A DNA stretch of 64,000 nucleotides, from positions 2,754 through 66,753 of the forward strand of contig CAIRFN010000013.1 of the NCBI GenBank assembly GCA_903877885.1. The letters are read 5' to 3'. The DNA comes from an uncultured Candidatus Berkelbacteria bacterium (GTDB taxonomy: Bacteria; Patescibacteriota; UBA1384; UBA12157). The notes below the pieces were generated by a model. That model was not told the DNA's origin. It was given only the letters and a program-made list of their open reading frames with translations, and did not search any database. Positions 29,053 to 39,350 of this stretch are shown here, one piece after another; position 1 is the stretch's first letter, and every line of letters starts with the position of its first letter. Position numbers and translations under genes: made by a program.

Positions 29053-29502
29053 TTAATTATCTTTTTTGCCAAAAACCACGGTGGCAACCAATTCAATTCT
29101 GGATTCGATAACCATTTTCAGATGGCCATCTAAATGCTGAATTGGATTAGCGAAGATTAAGATACATTTGAGTTGGACTGTTTTATTATGACTGATATGG
29201 GTTTCAATCAGATTGGTATAGATTTTCCGAATTGCATCCAGCGCCTCATACAAATCCGCGATTCGATCAATATTCGCCGGCACACCGGAAGCAACCACTT
29301 CAATCCCCCAATTTTCGTCAGAAGCCGGAACAATCATCCGCGCTTCCTGAATGAAATAATCGGCTGGACCAATTGTGCTTGGATTAACATTTAAACAGTG
29401 GGCCACGACTCGACGTTGAAAAGCGTCCGCAGTCCTTGGACTGTTAAGCGCTGCCAGTAGTTCGGGCGGCAATGTCCGAGTTGCCGAAACATCAAGTTTC
29501 AT
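29053..29502 (-). CDS. hypothetical protein
   Basis: ORF with GGAGGGG RBS, TTGACT-17-TAATGT promoter and terminator near 29010-29040. Confidence 0.6.
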   Translation of the reverse strand: MKLDVSATRTLPPELLAALNSPRTADAFQRRVVAHCLNVNPSTIGPADYFIQEARMIVPASDENWGIEVVASGVPANIDRIADLYEALDAIRKIYTNLIETHISHNKTVQLKCILIFANPIQHLDGHLKMVIESRIELVATVVFGKKDN

Positions 29503-29608
29503 CTTTCCCCCTCCATCAATTCAAGGTACAGCCCATCGACTGATCGATAGACCAATTAGTTCAGACATTACCTGGATTATGTTCGATAGTCAAGGCCTTG
29601 ACAGAACC

Positions 29609-29663
29609 TTGATTTCGAGAGAGAGAGAGAGAGAGTAAATTTAAAGTGGAAGGGATCACCTTT
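29609..29663 (+). promoter_or_regulatory. promoter with (GA)9G spacer tract and leader hairpin
   Basis: TTGATT-21 nt-TAAATT; downstream leader nearly identical to 13653-13700. Confidence 0.65.
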
Positions 29664-29688
29664 CTAAAATTAAATAAGGAGGCAAATC

Positions 29689-30501
29689 ATGTCAGATGAA
29701 ACTTTACAACCAGAAGCTGCTGAAGATTTTGTGGCAACGATTAATAATGTGCAAGATGTAGAAACAACAGAGAAAGTTAGAACCAAGGAATCAGAAATTC
29801 AAGCCAATATTGATTTTTGGAAAATTAATGGTAAAAAATATTTTGGTATTGAGATTGATGAACAGGAAATAAGAAATGCAATTGAATCATTGCCAGAAAA
29901 AGAAGGTTTTGATTGGTTAATTGCTATACCTAAAGGGTTAAAATTATCTGATGTATCTATGAATAAATGGTCGCACGATTATACTATTTACGATCCAATC
30001 AATGACGCAAATCCAGAAAAAAGGCAAGCCCACAGGGATTTAATTGATGCTATTCAAATGCCACGCAATGCACAGGAAACTTATGCCATCGCCGCTCGTT
30101 ATAGTGCCGAACCAGATGATGGAAGCTATGAACATGATTATATGGGCAAAAATCATAAAAGCAGTTTAGAATGGGAACAGACAGGTAAAGCATTTATGTC
30201 TCCTATGGAATGGATAATTGCTGATATGCGCTTTAATGTCAATACTGATATGCGTTTTGATCTTAAGACCGATAACCACCTAGATACTGCTCACAGACTT
30301 CCTCTTGTTGTTCACAATAGTACACTTTGTGCTGGTTCAAGAACACCTGATGGCAAAGTACCTTATGTGAGTTGGAGCCAGTTAGGTGCCGGAGGACTTA
30401 GCTTTAATACTCTAAAACCAGAAAATAAGATTTTTTCAGATATTGGTGTTCGCGAAGTAATAACTAAAGATACTAAAACTGAAGCAGAACAAACTGAATA
30501 A
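29689..30501 (+). CDS. hypothetical protein, paralog of 13708..14472; DGR-target-like C-terminus
   Basis: MSDETLQPE...; HLD...TLCAGSRTPDGKVPYVSW...IGVREVI. Confidence 0.8.
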   Translation: MSDETLQPEAAEDFVATINNVQDVETTEKVRTKESEIQANIDFWKINGKKYFGIEIDEQEIRNAIESLPEKEGFDWLIAIPKGLKLSDVSMNKWSHDYTIYDPINDANPEKRQAHRDLIDAIQMPRNAQETYAIAARYSAEPDDGSYEHDYMGKNHKSSLEWEQTGKAFMSPMEWIIADMRFNVNTDMRFDLKTDNHLDTAHRLPLVVHNSTLCAGSRTPDGKVPYVSWSQLGAGGLSFNTLKPENKIFSDIGVREVITKDTKTEAEQTE

Positions 30502-30517
30502 TAGTTTTTTTAAATTC

Positions 30518-30558
30518 AACCCGCAGAACAAATCGAAAGATTAATCTGCGGGTTTTTT
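30518..30558 (+). terminator. terminator hairpin with CGAAAG apex
   Basis: AACCCGCAGA...TCTGCGGGTT plus T-tract. Confidence 0.78.
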
Positions 30559-30564
30559 AATCCC

Positions 30565-30649
30565 AAACCTGTCACGGCCCACTTCCAGGGTGGGATATAT
30601 GGTTAAAATTTACCAAGTTACCACCTTGGAGGTGGTAACATATGGTTAG
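30565..30649. repeat. family A hairpin doublet
   Basis: CCCACTTCCAGGGTGGG plus GTTACCACCTTGGAGGTGGTAAC. Confidence 0.88.
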
Positions 30650-30662
30650 AAAACAAGCTAAA

Positions 30663-30682
30663 CCCGCCTGCCGGTAGACAGG
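30663..30682. repeat. family C palindrome
   Basis: CCCGCCTGCCGGTAGACAGG, similar to 48393-48413. Confidence 0.7.
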
Positions 30683-30701
30683 ACTTGATCTACGGAAAAT
30701 T

Positions 30702-31493
30702 TTAGTAAAGATCATTTCTTTTGGGTAAACGGCCGTGGATAATTGTGTTGGTAACCAAACGCACACCTTTGGGAATGAAAAAATATAAGTATTTCAAAAG
30801 CGCCATGATTGTCCAGTGAGGATGCATCGCTTGAGTTTGGCGATTCAAAAGTTCGCGTTTAAAATCATTAGTGGTTTGCCCTTGAAACAAAGTATAGGCG
30901 CGACCAACCGCTTCTTTAATATGCGCGTCAGACGAACCAGTTTCAGCTAAACCCAAAATAGTTCCATTCAAAAGCGCGGCGCGGAAATTTTGACTAGCCA
31001 AAGTTGGTGTGCCATTAACCACTTCCACACCGTCAAAATGATGTCGTTCTTTAATTAAGGTGATGGCGCCAACGCCGTCCATAGTAATCAGATTGGGATT
31101 TTTAAGCCGAGAGTGCTCAAACGGATGTGAAGCAATCGCAATTCCGCCTTGAGCGTGGATTTCTTTCAAAACCTGATGCGCCGAAAGACCGGCCGGAATG
31201 GTGTGAGTTAAAAACAAACCTAAAATATGACCTTCCAGAGAAGTAACTTCTTCGCCGATGATGACTTCAAAACGATATTCCTTTTCCTTAGTCATTTGAT
31301 GAGCTAATTTTGCACCAGCTACTGTATCATGATCAGTAATAGCAATCACAGCCAAATCAGTTTCAGCTTCAATATAAGCCAAAAGTTCTTCGACCGTCGG
31401 CTCGCCGTCAGAATAATTAGTATGAATATGAATATCAGCCTTGGATAGCTTGATTATTTCTTCAATTTTTTGCAAACCTTGTTTTTGTTTCAT
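30702..31493 (-). CDS. PHP-domain metal-dependent phosphoesterase
   Basis: DIHIHT..SDG, ITDHD, GEEV, SHP, SDAH. Confidence 0.92.
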   Translation of the reverse strand: MKQKQGLQKIEEIIKLSKADIHIHTNYSDGEPTVEELLAYIEAETDLAVIAITDHDTVAGAKLAHQMTKEKEYRFEVIIGEEVTSLEGHILGLFLTHTIPAGLSAHQVLKEIHAQGGIAIASHPFEHSRLKNPNLITMDGVGAITLIKERHHFDGVEVVNGTPTLASQNFRAALLNGTILGLAETGSSDAHIKEAVGRAYTLFQGQTTNDFKRELLNRQTQAMHPHWTIMALLKYLYFFIPKGVRLVTNTIIHGRLPKRNDLY

Positions 31494-33496
31494 TTGATTA
31501 GTTTTAAAAATTCTGTTTCGTTAATCACTTTTACCCCAAGCTTTTCCGCTTTAGCTAATTTTGAACCAGGTTCAGCGCCGACAACTAAATAATTTGTTTT
31601 GCTTGTCACGGCTGTACCGATTTTGCCGCCTAATTCGACGATTTTTTTATGAGCATCGTCGCGAGTTAAACTTTCCAAAGATCCAGTCACTACAAAAATT
31701 TGACCATCAAGTTTATTGACTTTGACCGGCGAGTGATATGTTCCAATTTTTACACCCAGATCAATCAGTTCTTGAATAAATTTTTTGTTTTGAGCCGATG
31801 TAAAATAACTTTTCAAAGATTCAGCGACTTTTTGACCAATGCCATAAATCTGGTTAAAATCTTCGGTAGTGGCGTTTAATAATTTGTCGATATTGCCAAA
31901 CTTGCGAGCAATATCAATTGCGGTTTGTGTGCCAGAAAGCGGAATTCCCAAGGCATAAATAAATCGATCAAGAGCAATGGTTTTACTATTTTCAATACTG
32001 TCGATCGTGTTTTGAGCCGATTTTTCAGCAAAACGTTCCAATGGCTCCAAATCCCCGACCTTAAGTTTAAACAAATCTGCCGCGTTTTTAATTAATCCGG
32101 TATTCATCAGTTGTTCGATGATCTTTGTACCCAGTCCATCAATATCAAAAGCAGCTTTGCTCACAAAATGTTCAATCGCTCTTTTTTCGACAATAAAACA
32201 ATTTTTGTTAGCGCATTTATAGGCCACTTCACCAGGAATTTGAACCACTTTACCGCCGCAAATCGGACAAGTTTTTGGCATTTGAAAAACTTTTTCGCGG
32301 CCGGTGCGAAGCTCTTTAATCACTTTGACTACTTCGGGAATAACATCGCCGGCTTTGCGAATTACGACTGTGTCGCCGATTCGAATATCTTTAGCTTTGA
32401 TTTGATCTTCATTGTGTAAAGTAGCTCTGGAAACTGTCGAGCCTGCCACCTCCACCGGTCGCAAGACAGCCACCGGCGTCAATGTTCCCGTTCGTCCGAT
32501 TTGGACGATAATGTCTTCCAAAACGGTTGTCACCTCTTCGGCCGGCCATTTGAAAGCAACCGCCGCACGCGGAGATTTTCCAACAATGCCTAATTTGGCA
32601 TAAAGTTTTTCATCGTTTAAATTTACGACCATGCCATCGATTTGATAAGGTAGTTTTGCCCGAATTTTTGTCCAGTCGTGCCATAGAGAAATTACCTGGT
32701 CGATATTTTTGCAAAATTTATTATATTTATTGGTTGGAAAACCCAAGTCTTTGGCAATTATATGCTCTTCTTCGTGAGTTTCGGTGGCAATACCAATCAA
32801 AGCATAGGCCAAAAAATCCAGGTTTCGGGAAGCCGTGATTTTAGAATCGAGTTGTCTTAAAGATCCGGCCGCCGCATTGCGCGGATTAGCAAAGGAAACT
32901 TCGTTGTTTTTAGCTCGATCAAGGTTTAGTTGTTGAAATGATTTAAGCGGCATGTAAACTTCACCACGAATTTCGACTCGCTTGTCGGTATAATATTTTG
33001 ATTCTTTTCGGAGCTTTAAGGGAATGGCCCGAACAGTTTTTAAGTTTTCGGTAATGACTTCGCCGACTTGACCGTCGCCGCGAGTGGCACCATATTGGAG
33101 TTCACCATTTTCGTAGACAAGCGATACTGCCAACCCATCCATTTTTATTTCAGCGTAATATCCGGATTTTTGAACTTCTAAACCAGCCATGCGTTCGATT
33201 TTGGAAGCCCAGTCACGAAATTCGGTTTCATTAAAAACATCGTTTAAGGAAATCATTCTGTTTTGATGGGTCACGGTTTGAAATTTTTCCAAAGGCTTGC
33301 CACCGACTTTTTGACTTGGCGAAGTTGATAATCTTAAATCCGGATATTCAGTTTCCAAACCAACTAATTCGTGCATCAAAGAATCATAATCAGCGTCAGT
33401 CACAGTTGGATCGTCAAGTACATGATAGCGGTAGCGCAAATCATCGATTACTTTGGAAAGTTTTTCAATTCTAAGTTTGGCATCAGTTTTGTTCAT
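31490..33496 (-). CDS. ligA: NAD-dependent DNA ligase
   Basis: EIKMDG, EIRGEV, ANPRNAAAGS, Zn finger, BRCT. Confidence 0.99.
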   Translation of the reverse strand: MNKTDAKLRIEKLSKVIDDLRYRYHVLDDPTVTDADYDSLMHELVGLETEYPDLRLSTSPSQKVGGKPLEKFQTVTHQNRMISLNDVFNETEFRDWASKIERMAGLEVQKSGYYAEIKMDGLAVSLVYENGELQYGATRGDGQVGEVITENLKTVRAIPLKLRKESKYYTDKRVEIRGEVYMPLKSFQQLNLDRAKNNEVSFANPRNAAAGSLRQLDSKITASRNLDFLAYALIGIATETHEEEHIIAKDLGFPTNKYNKFCKNIDQVISLWHDWTKIRAKLPYQIDGMVVNLNDEKLYAKLGIVGKSPRAAVAFKWPAEEVTTVLEDIIVQIGRTGTLTPVAVLRPVEVAGSTVSRATLHNEDQIKAKDIRIGDTVVIRKAGDVIPEVVKVIKELRTGREKVFQMPKTCPICGGKVVQIPGEVAYKCANKNCFIVEKRAIEHFVSKAAFDIDGLGTKIIEQLMNTGLIKNAADLFKLKVGDLEPLERFAEKSAQNTIDSIENSKTIALDRFIYALGIPLSGTQTAIDIARKFGNIDKLLNATTEDFNQIYGIGQKVAESLKSYFTSAQNKKFIQELIDLGVKIGTYHSPVKVNKLDGQIFVVTGSLESLTRDDAHKKIVELGGKIGTAVTSKTNYLVVGAEPGSKLAKAEKLGVKVINETEFLKLIK

Positions 33497-33506
33497 ATAT
33501 ATTTCC

Positions 33507-33546
33507 TGGATCCCAGATCAAGGATTCCATCCTGTCTGGGATGACA
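33507..33546. repeat. family B palindrome upstream of ligA
   Basis: GGATCCCAGA...TCTGGGATGACA. Confidence 0.75.
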
Positions 33547-33638
33547 TTAATAATACCCCTTAATGTCATTTTACCTTTTAAGGTATTGACATTCAAGCGG
33601 TTTTTGAAGGGCGCCTTTCTCATATCAAAAAAACCGCC

Positions 33639-34103
33639 TCATTTAAGACGGTTGGAAATTGATTGACGTAAATTAGCTTGAAGATATTTGAAACCATCGA
33701 TTTCAAATTCTTCCTTTAGGAATTGGGCCAGCCGGCAACGAAAATTATTTATCTTGATTGAAACAAACGCATTAGCATTAATTCTTAAATAACCTCGAAT
33801 ATTGTTCTCGATATATTTATCGATATTATCATTAGCCACAATCAATCTGGCTCGATCCATTGTCGCTTTAAAACCTAAAAACGTTTCCCCGTATAACGTA
33901 ATCACGAAATAGTTCTTTAAGTTATCAATGTATTCAAATTCAATTTTTATTTTTCTTCGTTCATTGCGCTCAATTTTATAATCTCGCTCTTCTTCTTTGA
34001 CCTGCCAAACAAATCGTCTCCTCTCTATTTGTTTGACAACTTGGGTGTCAGTGTAGATTACATCTCCCGGTAAGAGAAAAATAAAACGTTTGTAGCGATC
34101 CAT
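33639..34103 (-). CDS. hypothetical protein (start revised to 34103)
   Basis: GGGGTG RBS before ATG; no motif recognised. Confidence 0.55.
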   Translation of the reverse strand: MDRYKRFIFLLPGDVIYTDTQVVKQIERRRFVWQVKEEERDYKIERNERRKIKIEFEYIDNLKNYFVITLYGETFLGFKATMDRARLIVANDNIDKYIENNIRGYLRINANAFVSIKINNFRCRLAQFLKEEFEIDGFKYLQANLRQSISNRLK

Positions 34104-34183
34104 TGGCTTCACCCCCTGTTTTTCGCTCCAATAAGATTGTAACTTAAAATTTAAAAAAATCAAACCTTTTCTGGTTTGATTTT

Positions 34184-35092
34184 TTAGACCATGGCACGGA
34201 GTTTTTTAATTCGCTCGACAATCGGCGGATGAGTGTCAAACATTCCCGCAAACCAACTTTTGCCGCCGCCATCTTCTTTATCTTTAAACGGACTGGCAAT
34301 ATACAAATGGGCCGTGGCTTTGTTAGCCACTTCCAGTGGTTCTTTATCATTAGAAATTTTTTCCAAAGCTGAAGCTAAACCTTCAGGATAACGGGTTAAA
34401 AGCGCACCAGTGGCATCAGCCAAATATTCTCGTTTCCTGGAAATCGATAACTGAATTAGAGTAGCGATAATTGGCGACAAAATCACCAAAACTAAACCAA
34501 TAATCATTAAAATCGCTTGAATTTGGCCGCCACCTTCAGAATCATTACTGCGACGTCCACCAAACCAAGTCCAACGTAAAAAGAAATCAGCCATCAAGGA
34601 AACAACGCCGACTAAAACCACAATCACCATCATTAGACGAATATCGTAATTACCGATATGACTCATTTCGTGCGCAATCACGCCTTGAAGTTCAACATTA
34701 TTGAGTTTCTGTAGTAATCCGGATGTCACCGCAATCGAGGCGTGTTGAGGATCGCGTCCGGTGGCAAAAGCGTTTGGCGCCGAATCGTTAATAACGTAAA
34801 TTTTTGGTTTGGGAATGCCTGCCGTAATCGCCAAATTTTCCACCGTTCGATGTAAACTTAAATATGGTTCGGCGCGTGGTACTTCTTTGGCAGCCGAAAT
34901 AGCCAAAGTGATCGAATCAGAATAATAATAGGAAACTAAAGTTTGAACCACAGCGATGATTAAGGCAATAATCAAAATTGCTGGATTATTAAAATACCAG
35001 CTTAAAAAATAACCTAGCCCGCTGACAAACAGCAAGAAAATCGTCATAATGACAACGGTTTTAATTTTATTAGAATCTATCTCTTTGTACAT
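34184..35092 (-). CDS. htpX: zinc metalloprotease HtpX (M48)
   Basis: PNAFATG, HEMSH, SRKREYLAD, THPP. Confidence 0.96.
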   Translation of the reverse strand: MYKEIDSNKIKTVVIMTIFLLFVSGLGYFLSWYFNNPAILIIALIIAVVQTLVSYYYSDSITLAISAAKEVPRAEPYLSLHRTVENLAITAGIPKPKIYVINDSAPNAFATGRDPQHASIAVTSGLLQKLNNVELQGVIAHEMSHIGNYDIRLMMVIVVLVGVVSLMADFFLRWTWFGGRRSNDSEGGGQIQAILMIIGLVLVILSPIIATLIQLSISRKREYLADATGALLTRYPEGLASALEKISNDKEPLEVANKATAHLYIASPFKDKEDGGGKSWFAGMFDTHPPIVERIKKLRAMV

Positions 35093-35106
35093 ATTAAAAA
35101 AGTAGT

Positions 35107-35391
35107 CTAAACTCGTGTTTTCTCTAATTTACTAATTCTGATTTCATGATTATCAACTCGATTTAACTCTGATCGTTGCAAGGTTTCGATTCGATTGGTA
35201 GTTAATTGCAAATCATGAACATCTTCTTTTAATTCATTAACATCATTTTTTAATTCTCTAACATCTTCTGCTAGCTCATCCTGTTTTTCCAAAATCCGGT
35301 CTAAAACCGGCATCATCACGGTTGTCATTACGTCGACAACCGTTTCTTTGACGATCTCTTTAACTCTAATTTCATCTTGAGTATCTAACAT
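35107..35391 (-). CDS. small coiled-coil hypothetical protein
   Basis: Heptad repeats (ELKNDVNELKEDV); AAGGAG RBS. Confidence 0.7.
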   Translation of the reverse strand: MLDTQDEIRVKEIVKETVVDVMTTVMMPVLDRILEKQDELAEDVRELKNDVNELKEDVHDLQLTTNRIETLQRSELNRVDNHEIRISKLEKTRV

Positions 35392-35409
35392 TTTTTCTCC
35401 TTTATAAAT

Positions 35410-36024
35410 CTATTTCGTAAACTGAAAAGTCTGGGCGATTTGAGTGTAAACATCTGCCTCTGGCACGTCGGTTGGTACAAAAACAATTTGAACAACTTGT
35501 TTATCTTTAGCTAAATAAATATTTTCATCACCACAACGCGGTCCGTCACAAGAAAAAATAATATTCGATTTCAGGGCATCTTGACCGTTAATTTTGACTA
35601 CTTCGTGTTTATAACGAATATCTTCGGCATTTTTTTCCGCGGCAGTGGCAAAAGCGTCAAGCGCTAAATTTTTCGGATTATCCAAGACTAAAACCATTAC
35701 ACCGGAAGCATTTTGGCATAACATATTGGCCGCATGAGTCGTATTTTTATTAATACAAAGACTGCTGTCGGAATTAGCCGCGTTATTTTCGACAATATAG
35801 TCTTGGGGAATTTTGATTGAAAAATTATATTTAGAATTAGTATATGGTTTCCAACTGGCAGTAGAAATTGGCGATGATGTCGTCGATGGCGACGGCGTTG
35901 GAATCGGATTTGGCCGATTTGGCGTTAGTATTTTCCAACTGAAATAGCCGACAACAATTATTATAATGATAATTGGCCCAAGCCAAAGCCATTTTGACGG
36001 TTTTTGTGGTGGAAATTGATACAT
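35410..36024 (-). CDS. membrane-anchored PsbP-like surface protein (paralog 1)
   Basis: TM, P/T/S linker, WKPYTNSKYNFSIKIP...TFQFTK. Confidence 0.75.
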   Translation of the reverse strand: MYQFPPQKPSKWLWLGPIIIIIIVVGYFSWKILTPNRPNPIPTPSPSTTSSPISTASWKPYTNSKYNFSIKIPQDYIVENNAANSDSSLCINKNTTHAANMLCQNASGVMVLVLDNPKNLALDAFATAAEKNAEDIRYKHEVVKINGQDALKSNIIFSCDGPRCGDENIYLAKDKQVVQIVFVPTDVPEADVYTQIAQTFQFTK

Positions 36025-36034
36025 TTTAATCCTT

Positions 36035-36586
36035 TTAGAATTTTACTTCCGGAGTGGCTTTTTCACCTTCAGCGGCTTCGAAAAGTTCAAACGGTTTGGC
36101 GGCAATCATACCAGCAGCAATAGAATTTGGAAAAGTTTGGATTTTAATATTGAAATCGCGAACATTGCCATTGTAGAAACGGCGGCTGGCTTCGATTTTA
36201 TTTTCTGTATCAGTTAATTCATCTTGGAGTTTTTGAAAATTTTCAGAAGCTTTTAATTCTGGATAAGCTTCGGCCACGGCGAAAACCGATTTTAAAGCGC
36301 CAGTTAAAACATTTTCTTTATCTGAAATATCAGCCGGAGATTTAGCGGAAATCGCATCAGCGCGAGCCTCGGTTACTTTTTCAAAAACACTAGATTCGTG
36401 TGTAGCATAACCCTTAACAGTTTCGACTAAATTAGGGATTAAATCATGGCGACGTTTTAATTGCACATCGATATCCGACCAAGCCTCTTGGGTTCGATTT
36501 CGAAGAACGACGATCCCATTAAAGACACCGACAAACCAAAGTACTAACAAGACAATGATCCCAAGGATGGTCCAGGTAACAATCAT
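36035..36586 (-). CDS. lemA: LemA family protein
   Basis: IDVQLKRRHDLIPNL, EAYPELKA, RRFYN. Confidence 0.97.
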   Translation of the reverse strand: MIVTWTILGIIVLLVLWFVGVFNGIVVLRNRTQEAWSDIDVQLKRRHDLIPNLVETVKGYATHESSVFEKVTEARADAISAKSPADISDKENVLTGALKSVFAVAEAYPELKASENFQKLQDELTDTENKIEASRRFYNGNVRDFNIKIQTFPNSIAAGMIAAKPFELFEAAEGEKATPEVKF

Positions 36587-36622
36587 TTTAACTCCTTTAG
36601 ATAAATTAATATTTTTATTTTT

Positions 36623-37573
36623 TTACAAACCTGAAGTGGCGCTAGCCGAAGCACTGGCATTTGTTCCTGAAGTCGAAGTATTCGAGCTACTACTCGACAT
36701 AATACTCGGCGTTGGGCCAGTTAAAGGAATAGTTGATGGTGTTACTATTGGAGTGAAAATTGGCGATGGATTACTGGTATTTGGTGTTTCAGCTGAAGAT
36801 TCAGTTACAGTATAAATAAAGTAATTTCCGATAATTACACCGGCAGGATCAGTTCGATCTTCCAATATTGAGGTTAATTGGAAAGTCTTACCGTCTGATT
36901 TATAACTGTAATAATTATTTGGTGACAAAGGATCGAGCGGTAAACTAGAAACGTAAGTTGGAACCAAAACCTTCAGAGCCGTATCTGGATCAGATGTTTT
37001 AGTTGAAGTCGTTGCCACTGGATATGACTGTTTGTCATTATAATATCTTTGCAGAGCGGTTTTTAAATTTGCCAAATCAGTTTTGCGTTGAGCGTCGTTT
37101 TGATTCACCACTGGTTCGGGTGTAATCACGACCGATGGAGTTGGCGTCGGTTTTTTAATCCCCAATATTGCTCCCAGATCAATTAGATGGAACCAAGAAG
37201 CGGCAAAAATTGCGCCGCCAATGACTAAAACTGCTAAAACAAGATAAAGCACAACGTTGCTTTTTTTGCCAGCTGGTTCCATCATTACTGGCGAAGAACT
37301 GGATCCAGCCGGCGCGCTAGATGGACCGGTTAGATCAGGGATTGGCGAGCTACCAAAAGAAGAGGTCGAGGTAACTGTTGGTGTAGCTGGCGGAACAGTT
37401 GGTGGAGTTTGAGCCGGCGTCCAGCTGGAGGTTGGCGGTATTGATGATGTTGATGAGCCAAAACTACTGGCTGGAGTTGGTGCTGGAAATGGTTGAGCTG
37501 GTGGCATCGTCGATGGTGCTGGCGCCATCGGATTTGTTGGTTGTTGGTTACTACCAAATGGTTGTTGATTCAT
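36623..37573 (-). CDS. Pro/Ser/Thr-rich membrane protein with GspG/pseudopilin-like domain
   Basis: NDAQRKTDL..L..ALQRYY...YP...LPLDP pattern after a TM. Confidence 0.75.
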   Translation of the reverse strand: MNQQPFGSNQQPTNPMAPAPSTMPPAQPFPAPTPASSFGSSTSSIPPTSSWTPAQTPPTVPPATPTVTSTSSFGSSPIPDLTGPSSAPAGSSSSPVMMEPAGKKSNVVLYLVLAVLVIGGAIFAASWFHLIDLGAILGIKKPTPTPSVVITPEPVVNQNDAQRKTDLANLKTALQRYYNDKQSYPVATTSTKTSDPDTALKVLVPTYVSSLPLDPLSPNNYYSYKSDGKTFQLTSILEDRTDPAGVIIGNYFIYTVTESSAETPNTSNPSPIFTPIVTPSTIPLTGPTPSIMSSSSSNTSTSGTNASASASATSGL

Positions 37574-37624
37574 GTTATCCCCTCCAAAATATTCATCGTT
37601 TTTTTACTATACATTTTTATTTTA

Positions 37625-38050
37625 CTACTTTTCTTTTTCAACTACAATTTTAATTTGGGCATTTAAATTTTGACCAAAGCTAATTGAAAGAGGATACTCC
37701 CCGATTTTTTTAAATTGCTCCTTAATCATTTTTGCATCCACCCCAATTTTTTCCGCCAATTCTTTTGCGCCTAAGGCACCATACAAGTGACCATCTTTAT
37801 CGGCCTTACGCGCAAAGACAAAAGTTTGGCCGTCTAGTTCTTTAATTCTTTCTTCCAAGGCTTGACGATGTTTTTTAGTTTCAGCCTGATGAATTTTTTG
37901 TTCAGCCATAATCTCGTGAGTTTGATTATCACTCGGCAAAGTGGCTAGGTGTTTGGCAAATAAAAAATTCCTGGCATAGCCATCGTTTACTTCTTTAATT
38001 TCCCCTTTTTTTCCTAAATTTTTAACATCTTGGATTAAAAATACTTTCAT
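37625..38050 (-). CDS. rplI: 50S ribosomal protein L9
   Basis: [18 protein letters not shown]. Confidence 0.96.
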   Translation of the reverse strand: MKVFLIQDVKNLGKKGEIKEVNDGYARNFLFAKHLATLPSDNQTHEIMAEQKIHQAETKKHRQALEERIKELDGQTFVFARKADKDGHLYGALGAKELAEKIGVDAKMIKEQFKKIGEYPLSISFGQNLNAQIKIVVEKEK

Positions 38051-39267
38051 TGATTTGCTAACTCCATAGCTTTAGTTAGTTGCGGATCGCGATTATTTTT
38101 AGTATCATCTTCAGTTAAACTTACTTTTACATCTGGGTCAATCCCCTTGTGACTAATCTGACGATCTTTTGGCGTCAGCCATTCAGCAATCGTTAATTTT
38201 AGACTAGCACCTGAACCCAAATCTAACATTTCTTGGACTGAACCTTTACCAAAAGAAATAGCTCCAACCAAAGTTGCCCGATTATTGTCTTGCAACGCGC
38301 CAGCGACAATTTCCGCCGCCGAAGCCGAACCTTCGTCGATTAGAACAACCAACTTGGTTTTGGCGAGAATCGGTTTATCAACTGTTTTTTCGATTTGAAC
38401 TTTGCCATCTTTATCTTTTTCTTTAACTACAACTGTTCCTGGATCACTAAACATTCCAACCATATCGACTGCTGATTGTAAATAGCCACCCGGATTATGA
38501 CGTAGATCCAAGACAATTGCTTTAGGATTTTTGGCTGCCAATTCAGTTGTCGCCCGCTGCATCAGATTGGTCGTGTCATCGCCAAATTGGCTCACTTTAA
38601 TATAGCCAATGTTATTATCCTTCATACTCCACTCAACAGATTTGACGGTAATTTTATCGCGACGAATTTCAATTACTTGCGGCTCGGTCCAACCGTCACG
38701 ACCGACGGTTAGTTTTACCGTTGTGCCCGCTTTACCCCGAATATTGTTTATGGCATCATTTAAAGTCAAATTTTCCACAGCCACATCATCAATTTTTAAA
38801 ATTTGATCATTCGGTTTTAATCCGGCCTTTTCCGCCGGCGAGCCAGCTAGTGGTGTCACCACAATTAACTTTCCATCTTTAACCGAAAGTTCGGCGCCAA
38901 TGCCTTCTATTTCACCAGATAAATCATCGCGAAAAGTTTTGTTATCACTTGGCTCCATAAAAACCGAATATGGGTCGCCAAGTCCAGACATCATCCCGGA
39001 AATCGCACCATAAACCATTTTTTGTGGATCAAGTTTGTTGATCGATTTTTCAGCCACCAAATTCCAAGCCTTCCAAAACATCGAAAAATCAACGGTTTTT
39101 GGCTTAAAAAGTTCCTGATTAACCACTTTTGGCACAAAGTTTTTTTCAAAAACTAGATTCTTATGACCAACCACGAATCCGGCGAAATAAAAAATGAGAG
39201 CAAAAAGAATTAAAGCAATGACTTTACTAAGTTTTGAAAGTTTCGATAATTTTTTCAGTTTATTCAA
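38047..39267 (-). CDS. ctpA: S41 carboxyl-terminal processing protease (probable TTG start at 39267)
   Basis: [32 protein letters not shown]. Confidence 0.94.
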   Translation of the reverse strand: MNKLKKLSKLSKLSKVIALILFALIFYFAGFVVGHKNLVFEKNFVPKVVNQELFKPKTVDFSMFWKAWNLVAEKSINKLDPQKMVYGAISGMMSGLGDPYSVFMEPSDNKTFRDDLSGEIEGIGAELSVKDGKLIVVTPLAGSPAEKAGLKPNDQILKIDDVAVENLTLNDAINNIRGKAGTTVKLTVGRDGWTEPQVIEIRRDKITVKSVEWSMKDNNIGYIKVSQFGDDTTNLMQRATTELAAKNPKAIVLDLRHNPGGYLQSAVDMVGMFSDPGTVVVKEKDKDGKVQIEKTVDKPILAKTKLVVLIDEGSASAAEIVAGALQDNNRATLVGAISFGKGSVQEMLDLGSGASLKLTIAEWLTPKDRQISHKGIDPDVKVSLTEDDTKNNRDPQLTKAMELANQ

Positions 39268-39284
39268 GACTCTCCTTTGTGAAA

Positions 39285-39350
39285 ATGGATTATGAATTAT
39301 GAAGCATGAAGAATGGTTTTTCCATGATCCATAATCCATGATCCATAATT
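39285..39350. repeat. inverted pair of 7-nt tandem arrays
   Basis: ATGGATT ATGAATT ATGAAGC ATGAAGA ... TCCATGA TCCATAA TCCATGA TCCATAA. Confidence 0.8.

Noticed and set aside
14270..30465. The two paralog 3' regions as a DGR TR/VR pair
   Set aside because: Differences involve all four bases, both are coding, and there is no RT or avd in the window.
36623..37573. Pro/Ser/Thr low-complexity region as a mobile repeat
   Set aside because: No nucleotide-level periodicity or second copy; an ordinary disordered linker.
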